Source: Acidobacteriota bacterium (GTDB taxonomy: Bacteria > Acidobacteriota > Thermoanaerobaculia > Gp7-AA8). Taken from it: a DNA stretch of 64,000 bases. This document shows, piece by piece, positions 26,584 to 34,875 of the stretch; position 1 is the stretch's first letter, and every line of letters starts with the position of its first letter. The DNA lies in assembly GCA_019244185.1 (NCBI GenBank), contig JAFATB010000023.1, positions 192,001 to 256,000 on the forward strand, in the 5' to 3' direction. A model generated the notes under the pieces. That model had not been told where the DNA came from. It ran no database searches and saw nothing but the letters and a program-made list of their open reading frames with translations. Both the position numbers and the translations under genes were made by a program.

Positions 26584-28589
26584 GCGAGATGCAGCATCGG
26601 CGCGGGACGCGAGATCTCGTCCCACGCGGGCGCGGCGGCGCCGAGCATCGACGCGAACGCCTCGACCATCTGCGGATCCCACTTGCCGCCCGCGGCCTCG
26701 CGGCGCAGCGTCGCGATCGCGGCCTCGTGCGTGAGCGGTGCGGGGCGATACGCGCGATGCGAGGTGAGCGCGTCGTACGCGTCGACGATCGACAGCAGGC
26801 GCACCTCGTACGGGATCGCGTCGCCGTGCAGGCCGTCGGGATAGCCGCGGCCGTCGTAGCGCTCGTGATGGTGGCGGATCAGCTGCAGCACGGACGTGAG
26901 CGTCGTCAGCGGACGCACCATCTCCTCGCCGATGACCGGATGATCGATGACGCGCATGAACTCCTCGCGCGTCAGCGGCCCCTGCTTGTTGAGCAGCCGC
27001 TCGGGCACGGCGATCTTGCCGATGTCGTGCAGCAGACCGGCGATGCGGATGCGCTCCGCGTCGTTTGCGCTGATGCCGACGTGCAGGGCGAACTTGCGCG
27101 CGAGATCGCCGACGCGCTGCGAGTGGCCGCGCGTGTAACGATCCTTCGCTTCCAATGCCAGCGCCAGCGCGCAGATCACGTTCTGCGTCTGCTCGAGATC
27201 ACCGTGGTACTCCTTGATGCGCAGCAGCGACTGGATGCGCGTGACGAGCTCGAGTCGATGCAGCGGATAGTTGATGAAGTCGTCCGCGCCGGCGACGATC
27301 GCCTCCTGGCGCATCGCGCTGTTGCGGTGCGAGGTCAGCACGATCACCGGCAGGAACTCGAAGCGCGGATCGGCGCGCAGCTGCGCGAGCGTCGACGCGC
27401 CGTCCTGCACCGGCATCACCAGGTCGAGCAGCACGACGTCGATCGGCTCGCGCTCGAGGATCTCCATCGCCTCGCGGCCGTTTTCGGCGAGCGTGAGCTG
27501 CATCCCCGCGTCGCCGATCGTCGCGGCCACGAGCTCGCGGTTCATGGCGTTGTCGTCGACGCAGAGCACGCGCGGCTTCGGCCGCGGGCGCGGACGCATG
27601 TGCTTCGCCGTGACCACGCGCGGCAGCTCCTCCGTGATCGCGGCCGCGAAGAGCTTCACGAGCTCGGGGTCGAACGCGCCGCGCTGCGCCTCGTCGGCGA
27701 GCACGGCCATCGCTTCCGGCTCGCTCACCGCGCGCTCGTGATGGATCTCGTCGAAGCGGTTGGCGATGCCGACGATCTGCGCCTCGAGCGGAATCTCCGC
27801 GCCGCGCAGACGATCGGGATAGCCGTCGCCGTCCCACCGCTCGTGATGCCAGCGCACGATCGGCACGAACTGGCGGAAGGTCATCATCGGCTCGAGGATC
27901 GACGCGCCCATGCGCGTGTGGTCGGCGACGCGGCCGCGCTCCTCGTCGTCGAGCGCCGTCGCGCTGAGCAGATGATCGGGGACGCCGATCATGCCGAGGT
28001 CGTGGAGCATCGCGCCTTTGATGACGGTCTCTTTTTCGTCGGCGGACATGCCGAGCTTGTCGCAGAGATGCGAGGCGTACGACGCGACGCGCTGCACGTG
28101 GCCGATGGTGTGCGCGTCCTTGCTCTCCAGCGCGCTGGTGAGCGTCATGATGATGTTCTCGCTGGAGTCGAGCTCCTTGCGCAGATTGCGGATCTTGATC
28201 AGCGAGCGGATGCGCGTGCGCAGCTCCTCGCGATTGATCGGCTTGTTCAGGAAATCATCGGCGCCGCAGTCGAGCGCGCGGATCTTGTCGTCCGTGCCGG
28301 TGAGCGCCGTGAGCATGAGGATCGGGATCGTGCGTCCCGCGGGCGAGCGTTTGATGAGCCCGCACGCCTCGTAGCCGTCCATGTTCGGCATCATCACGTC
28401 GAGCACGATGATCGACGGGTTGTGGCGCGGGTAGAGCTCGACGGCCTCGCGCCCGTCGCGCGCGAGCACGACGTCGTAGCCCCAGCTCCAGAGATACTCC
28501 TCGAGCAACTGCAGATTCTGCTCGTTGTCATCGACGGCGAGAACGACATCCCGCTCGACGGCCGACGGCTGGACTGCGGCGCTCGACAT
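26580..28589 (-). CDS. Response regulator with tandem REC-HD-GYP-REC-HD-GYP architecture (c-di-GMP phosphodiesterase)
   Basis: Two receiver domains (LDVMMP, LDLVMP) and two HD-GYP domains (HHERWDGDGYP; HDIGK...HHERYDGRGYP). Confidence 0.92.
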   Translation of the reverse strand: MSSAAVQPSAVERDVVLAVDDNEQNLQLLEEYLWSWGYDVVLARDGREAVELYPRHNPSIIVLDVMMPNMDGYEACGLIKRSPAGRTIPILMLTALTGTDDKIRALDCGADDFLNKPINREELRTRIRSLIKIRNLRKELDSSENIIMTLTSALESKDAHTIGHVQRVASYASHLCDKLGMSADEKETVIKGAMLHDLGMIGVPDHLLSATALDDEERGRVADHTRMGASILEPMMTFRQFVPIVRWHHERWDGDGYPDRLRGAEIPLEAQIVGIANRFDEIHHERAVSEPEAMAVLADEAQRGAFDPELVKLFAAAITEELPRVVTAKHMRPRPRPKPRVLCVDDNAMNRELVAATIGDAGMQLTLAENGREAMEILEREPIDVVLLDLVMPVQDGASTLAQLRADPRFEFLPVIVLTSHRNSAMRQEAIVAGADDFINYPLHRLELVTRIQSLLRIKEYHGDLEQTQNVICALALALEAKDRYTRGHSQRVGDLARKFALHVGISANDAERIRIAGLLHDIGKIAVPERLLNKQGPLTREEFMRVIDHPVIGEEMVRPLTTLTSVLQLIRHHHERYDGRGYPDGLHGDAIPYEVRLLSIVDAYDALTSHRAYRPAPLTHEAAIATLRREAAGGKWDPQMVEAFASMLGAAAPAWDEISRPAPMLHLA

Positions 28590-28616
28590 GATTGGAGGGT
28601 TCCTGCTGTGCGCCGA

Positions 28617-29150
28617 TTATACGAACATCTTCGCCTGCGGCGGCGGATACGTGAGCCGCACGCCGTCGATACACGCCATCGGATTGAGCGCATGACGCTT
28701 GAAGGAGTCGGGTCCGACGATGTGCACGACCTCGACGCCACGCCGCACGAGCTCGTCGGAGAGCAGGTTCCGATGACAGCGCCACGGCACCGCTTCCGCG
28801 CACATGACCGCGGTCGCGCGCTCGGACTGCAGCAGCGCATCGAGCGCGCGCTGGAACTCGGGGCTGGCCATGTGATCGGCGTAGCCGCGGAACTGCTCGT
28901 TCTCCCACGCGCCGTTCGGCGAGTCGCGCCGCGGCCTGCGGCGTCCGCCGAGGGCTTCGACGTGGACGTATTCGATGCCGTGCTCGGGCAGCGAGACCGC
29001 GAGCGATTCGCCGGAGAACTGCGGATGGCGGCGCGAGCCGGGATAGCGGCGGCTGTCGGCGAGACGCGCGACGTCATGCTCACGGAGCAGTGCGACGAGC
29101 TCGTCCAGGGTGCGCGTCGAATGGCCGATGGTGTAGATACGGTCGAGCAT
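28617..29150 (-). CDS. DUF488 family protein
   Basis: Motifs IYTIGHSTR, LGGRR, FRGYADHM and MCAEAVPWRCHR. Confidence 0.9.
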   Translation of the reverse strand: MLDRIYTIGHSTRTLDELVALLREHDVARLADSRRYPGSRRHPQFSGESLAVSLPEHGIEYVHVEALGGRRRPRRDSPNGAWENEQFRGYADHMASPEFQRALDALLQSERATAVMCAEAVPWRCHRNLLSDELVRRGVEVVHIVGPDSFKRHALNPMACIDGVRLTYPPPQAKMFV

Positions 29151-29210
29151 GAGGAATGCGGGTGGCGGAATGACAGACGCCGCTCATCTGCTTGAAGATG
29201 GTTGCGACGC

Positions 29211-30206
29211 ATGGCCTACTACGCCGACCACGCTCAGGACCTGAAACGCGACCTCGCCCGGGAGATTCCGGTCGACGCGCTGCGCGAGCTGCACCGCAAG
29301 CGGCCGCTGCTGCACGCCTTCATCGCGCTCGCGAACCTCGGCGCGCTCGTCGGTGCGGCGTTCGCGGCCGTGCACTTCACGGTCTGGTATCTCTGGCTGC
29401 CGTTCGCGTTCGTGATCGGCTTCGCCGTCTTCAACTGCACCGTGCTGCTGCACGAGGTCGTGCACCGCGCGGTGCTCGAAGTCTCCAGCGAGCGCGGCTA
29501 TCGCATCCTCGGCCTGCTCTACGCGATTCCCAGCGGCATCTCGTCCTCGCAGTTCACGCGCTGGCATCTCGATCATCACGCCGGCCTCGGCTCCGACGAC
29601 GACGATCCGAAGCGCCACTACCTCTCGCCGAAGATCAACGCGCGCTGGCTGAAGTTCCTCTACTTCACGCCCGCGCTCTTCCCGATCTACTTCCGCGCCG
29701 CCGCGAAAGAGACCGCGGCGTACGAGCCGGAACTGCGCCGCCGCATCGCCCGCGAGCGCCTCGGCACGATCGCGTTCCAGCTCTCCGTCCTCGCCGTCGT
29801 CGCGTGGCTCGGCGGCGGGTACGTCGCCTGGAAGCTCTACCTCGTCCCGGTCTTCTTCATCTTTCCGATCGCGTTCGCCCTGAACCGCCTCGGCCAGCAC
29901 TACGACATCGATCCGTCCGATCCCGCGAAGTGGTCGACGCTCATGAAGGCGTCGTGGTTCTGGGATCCGGTGTTCCTCTTCTCGAACTACCACCTCGAGC
30001 ACCACTACTTCCCCGGCGTGCCGTTCTACAACCTGCCGCGGCTGCAGAAGCTCCTCGGGCCGTTCTATGAGAAGCGCGGCATGGTCGCGCGCGGATACGG
30101 AGAGCTCGTGTGGCGGTATCTGATCCTCAACCGCAAGCCGCACACGAACTGGGTCGAGAGCGCGCCGTCGAGCGTCAGCCCAGCAGCCGATCGTATTCCG
30201 CTTTGA
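29211..30206 (+). CDS. Fatty acid desaturase family protein
   Basis: Three His boxes (HEVVH, WHLDHH, YHLEHH) and TM segments. Confidence 0.9.
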   Translation: MAYYADHAQDLKRDLAREIPVDALRELHRKRPLLHAFIALANLGALVGAAFAAVHFTVWYLWLPFAFVIGFAVFNCTVLLHEVVHRAVLEVSSERGYRILGLLYAIPSGISSSQFTRWHLDHHAGLGSDDDDPKRHYLSPKINARWLKFLYFTPALFPIYFRAAAKETAAYEPELRRRIARERLGTIAFQLSVLAVVAWLGGGYVAWKLYLVPVFFIFPIAFALNRLGQHYDIDPSDPAKWSTLMKASWFWDPVFLFSNYHLEHHYFPGVPFYNLPRLQKLLGPFYEKRGMVARGYGELVWRYLILNRKPHTNWVESAPSSVSPAADRIPL

Positions 30207-30858
30207 CCACGTGGTAGCACTCGCAGGCCGCGGCCTCGAGTCCCTCGCGATCGACGATCTGCACGAAACCGCGCGAGTAGCGGATGAAGCCATCCTCCTG
30301 CAGTTTCACCGCTGCGATCGTCACGCCCGGACGGCGCACGCCGAGCATCGCCGCGAGGTACTCCTGCGTGATGCCGACGTCATTCGAGTCGATGCCGTCG
30401 CTGCTCATGAGCAGCCACCGCGCGAGCCGCGCCTGCACGTCGTGGCGGCGGTTGCACGCGGCCGACTGCGACGCGATGACGAACAGCGTGTGCACGTAGC
30501 GCTGGAGGAGCGTCGTCACCGCGGGGTTCGTGTCGAAGAGGCGCTTCATCACGCTCGCCGGCGCGCGCAGCGACTCGCCCGCGATCTGCGTGACGGTCTG
30601 CATCGGCGTCGTCGGCTCGCCGAGGAGGATGGGAATGCCGACCATGCCCTCGCGGCCGACGGAGCCCGCTTCGACGGTCGTGCCGTCTTCGAGCACGGTC
30701 ACGAGCGACGCGAGCGCGCTCAATGGGAAGTAGACGTGCTGAATCGGCTCGTTCGGAACGATGAGCGGCTGCCCGTAATCGAGCGTGACCCGCTCCAGCG
30801 AGCTTTGCAAATCCTGTAAAGCGTCGGCCGGGAAATTTTGCAACAGGCGGTTGGTCAC
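30175..30858 (-). CDS. Crp/Fnr family transcriptional regulator
   Basis: NRLL, VYFP, VGREG, ACNRRH..RLARWLL and the HTH region TQEYLAAMLGVRRPGVT. Confidence 0.92.
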   Translation of the reverse strand: MTNRLLQNFPADALQDLQSSLERVTLDYGQPLIVPNEPIQHVYFPLSALASLVTVLEDGTTVEAGSVGREGMVGIPILLGEPTTPMQTVTQIAGESLRAPASVMKRLFDTNPAVTTLLQRYVHTLFVIASQSAACNRRHDVQARLARWLLMSSDGIDSNDVGITQEYLAAMLGVRRPGVTIAAVKLQEDGFIRYSRGFVQIVDREGLEAAACECYHVVKAEYDRLLG

Positions 30859-30902
30859 AGTGCGCGCAGTCTATCCCACCGCGCCGCGCGAGGAGCCCGC
30901 CG

Positions 30903-32267
30903 CTACGAAGCGGCGAGCTCTTTCAGCGCGATTTCCATGCGGCGGATGCCTTCCGCGGCTTCTTCCATCGAGAGGTTCAGCGGCGGACGGAAGCGCGCCG
31001 ACTGATGTCCCGACGCGAGCACCATCACGTCGTGTCCCATGAACGCGCGCAGCGCCTGATCGCGCACGTCGCCGCTCGGCAGATCGAACGCCGCCATGAG
31101 GCCGCGTCCGCGTACGTTCGAGACGAGCTGCGGGAACTCCTGCGCGAAGCGTTCGAGCTCGCCGAGGAAGAACGCGCCGACGCGCGCGGCATTGTCGACG
31201 AGACGCTCCTCGTCGATGATCTCGAAGTAGCGCTGCGCGCGCACCATGTCCGTGAGGTTGCCGCCCCACGTCGAGTTGATGCGCGAGGAGATCGTGAAGA
31301 CGTTCTCCGGGATGTCGAAGATGCGCTCGTTCGAGACGAAGCCGCACACCTGCGTCTTCTTGCCGAAGCAGAACATGTCCGGCTCGATGCCGTAGTGCTG
31401 GTACGCCCACATCTTCCCGGTGATGCCGACGCCGGCCTGCACCTCGTCGAAGATGAGGATCATGTCGTTCTCGTCGCAGAGCTCGCGCAGCGCGCGGAAG
31501 AACTCGGGACGGAAGTGGTTGTCACCGCCCTCGCCCTGGATCGGCTCCATGATGAACGCGGCGACGTCGTCCTTGCGCTCGACGAGGAACTGCTTGGCCT
31601 GTTCGAGCGCGGCCTGCTCGCGGCGTTTCGCATCGGCGAGCGATTCCTCCGTCAGCGGGAAGCGCAGCTTCGGGTTGTCGACGCGCGGCCAGTCGAACTT
31701 CGGGAAGTACTGCGTCTTGCGCGGATCGGCCGTGTTCGTGAGCGAGAGCGTGTAGCCGCTGCGGCCGTGGAAGCATTCGCGCAGGTGCATGACCTGCGTG
31801 CCGCGCTCGGACTGATAGCCCTTGCGGAAGTTCTTGCGCACCTTCCAGTCGAACGCCGACTTGATGGCGTTCTCGATGCCGAGGGAGCCGCCTTCGACGA
31901 AGAACATGTGCTTGTTGAGCGTCGGCGGCACGGCCAGGCGCGCGAACGTGTCGACGAACTCCGCCATGTAGGTCGTGTAGATGTCGGAGTTCGCGGGCTT
32001 GTTGACCGCGGCGTCCGCGATGCGCTCGCGGAACTCCGGCGTGTTCATCTTCGGATGGTTGTAGCCGATGGGAACCGAGGCGAAGTTGGTGAAGAAGTCG
32101 AGGACGTTGCGTCCGCGGCGCGAGTCGAAGACCCACGACCCTTTCGACTTCTTGAGGTCCATGACGATGTCGTAGCCGTCCGCCAGCATGTGGCGCGAGA
32201 GGACGTTGTGAACCTCGGCCGGCTGGACGTGGATCCGGCGATCGGTAATGGTGGAGATGGAGGACAT
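30903..32267 (-). CDS. lat: L-lysine 6-transaminase (class III aminotransferase)
   Basis: Motifs HMLADG, NKPANSD, AFDWK, FHGRSGYTLSLTNT, EPIQGEGGD, DEVQ, FGKK and INSTWGG. Confidence 0.93.
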   Translation of the reverse strand: MSSISTITDRRIHVQPAEVHNVLSRHMLADGYDIVMDLKKSKGSWVFDSRRGRNVLDFFTNFASVPIGYNHPKMNTPEFRERIADAAVNKPANSDIYTTYMAEFVDTFARLAVPPTLNKHMFFVEGGSLGIENAIKSAFDWKVRKNFRKGYQSERGTQVMHLRECFHGRSGYTLSLTNTADPRKTQYFPKFDWPRVDNPKLRFPLTEESLADAKRREQAALEQAKQFLVERKDDVAAFIMEPIQGEGGDNHFRPEFFRALRELCDENDMILIFDEVQAGVGITGKMWAYQHYGIEPDMFCFGKKTQVCGFVSNERIFDIPENVFTISSRINSTWGGNLTDMVRAQRYFEIIDEERLVDNAARVGAFFLGELERFAQEFPQLVSNVRGRGLMAAFDLPSGDVRDQALRAFMGHDVMVLASGHQSARFRPPLNLSMEEAAEGIRRMEIALKELAAS

Positions 32268-32347
32268 GCGGAAGACTCCTAGCGTCGTGTTCGGTGCAGC
32301 GGTTGCGGGCGGGCGATTCTATCAGCCCTGTGATAGAACTGCGATCC

Positions 32348-33526
32348 ATGAAAGAAATCGTCATTCTCGGCGGTGCGCGCACGCCGATCGGCTCCTTCCT
32401 CGGCACCCTTTCCTCGCTCCCCGCGCCGCGGCTCGGCGCCATCGCCATCAAGTGCGCGCTCGAGAACTCCGGCGTCCAGCCGGACCAGGTCCAGCAGGTC
32501 ATCATGGGCAACGTCCTGCAGGCCGGCATCGGCCAGGCGCCCGCGCGCCAGGCCGGCATCTACGCCGGCATTCCGGTGAACGCCGGCGCCGTGACCGTGA
32601 ACAAGGTCTGCGGCTCGGGAATGAAGGCGGTGATGTACGCGGCGAACGACATCCGCTGCGGCGAGTACGACCTCGCCGTCGCCGGCGGCATGGAGTCGAT
32701 GTCGAACGCGCCGTACGCGCTGCCGAACGCGCGCAGCGGCTACCGCATGGGCAACGGGCAGATGCTCGATCTCATGATCCACGACGGTCTGTGGGATCCG
32801 TACGGCAACAAGCACATGGGCAGCTGCGCCGAGTCGTGCGTGCAGAAATACACGTTCACGCGCGAGGCGCAGGACGACTTCTCGCGCGAGTCGTACCGCC
32901 GCGCGCAGGACGCCACGCAGACCGGGAAGTTCAAGAAGGAGATCGCCGTCGTCGAGATCGAGACGAAGAAGGGCAAGTCGGTCGTCGTCGACGACGAGGA
33001 GCCGTTCACCGCGCCGCTCGACAAGATGGGCAAGCTCAAGCCCGCGTTCCTCAAGGAAGGCGGCACGGTCACGGCCGCGAACGCGTCGAAGATCAACGAC
33101 GGCGCCGCGGCGCTCGTCGTGACGTCGGCTGACTACGCGGAGCAGCACAACCTCAAGCCGCTCGCGCGCATCATCGCGCAGTCGACGACCGCGCAGGAGC
33201 CGGAGTGGTTCACCACCGCGCCCGGCGCCGCGATCGAGCTCGCCCTCCAGCGCGCGAAGATGAACGTCGGCGACATCGACCTCTTCGAGATCAACGAGGC
33301 CTTCGCCGCGGTGGCGATGGCGGCGATGAAGGACGCGAACATCCCGCACGACAAGCTGAACGTCCACGGCGGCGCCGTCGCGTTGGGACACCCGATCGGC
33401 GCCAGCGGCGCGCGCATCCTCGTCACGCTCATTCACGCGCTGCAGGAACGCGGCGGCAAACGCGGCCTCGCCGCGATCTGCATCGGCGGCGGCGAAGCGG
33501 CGGCGATGATCGTGGAAGTGGTTTAG
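32348..33526 (+). CDS. Acetyl-CoA C-acetyltransferase (thiolase), second paralogue
   Basis: Motifs ARTPIG, NKVCGSG, NEAFA, GHPIGASG and ICIGGG. Confidence 0.95.
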   Translation: MKEIVILGGARTPIGSFLGTLSSLPAPRLGAIAIKCALENSGVQPDQVQQVIMGNVLQAGIGQAPARQAGIYAGIPVNAGAVTVNKVCGSGMKAVMYAANDIRCGEYDLAVAGGMESMSNAPYALPNARSGYRMGNGQMLDLMIHDGLWDPYGNKHMGSCAESCVQKYTFTREAQDDFSRESYRRAQDATQTGKFKKEIAVVEIETKKGKSVVVDDEEPFTAPLDKMGKLKPAFLKEGGTVTAANASKINDGAAALVVTSADYAEQHNLKPLARIIAQSTTAQEPEWFTTAPGAAIELALQRAKMNVGDIDLFEINEAFAAVAMAAMKDANIPHDKLNVHGGAVALGHPIGASGARILVTLIHALQERGGKRGLAAICIGGGEAAAMIVEVV

Positions 33527-33533
33527 GCGGAGA

Positions 33534-34634
33534 TCAGCCGGGCGGCGTCGGAAGAAAAATCTCCGCCGCCGTCCCTCCCCCCTCCCGCGTCAGCGTCAGA
33601 GCGGCGGACGCAGACACCGACTGCAGCCGCGTGCGCAGGTTCGCCAACGAGCGTTTCGCGGCGAAGGGATCGTCGAGCGCCAAATCGCCGTTGTCCTTCA
33701 CGCGCAGAAAGAGTCCGTCCGCCGCGCGCATCGTTTCCACGCGAATGTTGATGTGCGCGCGCCCGCGCCCGTGCTTGATCGCGTTTTCGACCAGTGGCTG
33801 CAGCACGAACGTCGGGACCTGCACGTCCATCGCCGCGGCGTCGAGCGACCACTCCACGCGCAGCCGGTCGCCGAGGCGCAGCGCCTGAATCTCGAGGAAC
33901 AAGGCGGCGAACCGGATCTCGTCGCGGACGCGCGCCAGCGGCTCGCTCCCTTCGTAGGTCATCATGCGGAGCAGCTCCGACATTCCTACGAGCACTCTCT
34001 CGGCCTTGCCCGGATCGCTCGTGACCAGCTCAGTGATCGAGTTCAGCGTGTTGTACAGGAGGTGCGGCTCGAGCCTGGCGCGCAAGGTCCGCATCTGTTC
34101 GTCCGCGAGCTCTTTCTTGAGGACGGCGGAGGCGCCGGCGTCGCGCGCGAGACCATTCCAGCGATGCAGCAGGATGCCGAGCGCCGCGACCTGCCACGCC
34201 TGCCACAGCGCGTCGTGAAACCGGAAGGACAATCCCGCCGCGTACGGATCCGGATTGTGGATCTGCCGCCACGGTGGCGCGGTATGGATCTGCAGCCACG
34301 TTTCCGCGAACGTGATGCCCAAGGTCAGCCCCAGCGCCGTCACCGCGAGCAATAGAAGCGCCGGCAGCCGGCCCCATCGCCTTGTTTCCATGACGTCCAC
34401 GACGGCGAACAGCGCGAACGTCAGAGCGATCCACGCCAGCGTGCCGCCCGTGTACATCGTGAGCATGCCCAGCACTCCACTGTGCGCGGTGATGAACATA
34501 CTGCGGACGTGCTCCTGCGACAGACCGTAGATCGCGAGCAGGAACCACGAACAGAACACCGACACCACCACACGCCGGTCGCTGATGAGACGCGGCGGGA
34601 GCGCGGCCGGTTCGGGCGCGGACTGCAAATTCAT
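33534..34634 (-). CDS. LytS/YehU-type membrane sensor histidine kinase
   Basis: About 4 TM segments, H-box EPHLLYNTLNSI, N-box QPLVENAIKHG and DNG; the G2 box is degenerate. Start placed at MNLQ, with a TATGCT box upstream. Confidence 0.85.
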   Translation of the reverse strand: MNLQSAPEPAALPPRLISDRRVVVSVFCSWFLLAIYGLSQEHVRSMFITAHSGVLGMLTMYTGGTLAWIALTFALFAVVDVMETRRWGRLPALLLLAVTALGLTLGITFAETWLQIHTAPPWRQIHNPDPYAAGLSFRFHDALWQAWQVAALGILLHRWNGLARDAGASAVLKKELADEQMRTLRARLEPHLLYNTLNSITELVTSDPGKAERVLVGMSELLRMMTYEGSEPLARVRDEIRFAALFLEIQALRLGDRLRVEWSLDAAAMDVQVPTFVLQPLVENAIKHGRGRAHINIRVETMRAADGLFLRVKDNGDLALDDPFAAKRSLANLRTRLQSVSASAALTLTREGGGTAAEIFLPTPPG

Positions 34635-34875
34635 CGTAAGCCGGCAGCATAGTGGCCCCGCGCCCTCGACTTGCCAAACGATCGGTGACAGATTCCGTTG
34701 CTCCGCCGCTGTCCATCGCTCCGCAGTTCGTACAGCGTGCGAACGACCGGCAATTCGCCACGGCATTTCCCCAATCCATCCCGCGATTTCGGGCAAATTA
34801 CCCGCCGGCGTTTGCAGACGCACGAGGAGCATCTAGCGTTCGTGAATCCTTCGGCTGAATACGGAGAGACTCACA

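Noticed and set aside
26589-29195. 868-aa plus-strand ORF antisense to the HD-GYP gene
   Set aside because: Shadow ORF with no protein motifs.
1-33526. Two thiolases as a recent duplication
   Set aside because: The proteins are clearly diverged (e.g. NQACGSG vs NKVCGSG and different termini); ordinary paralogues.
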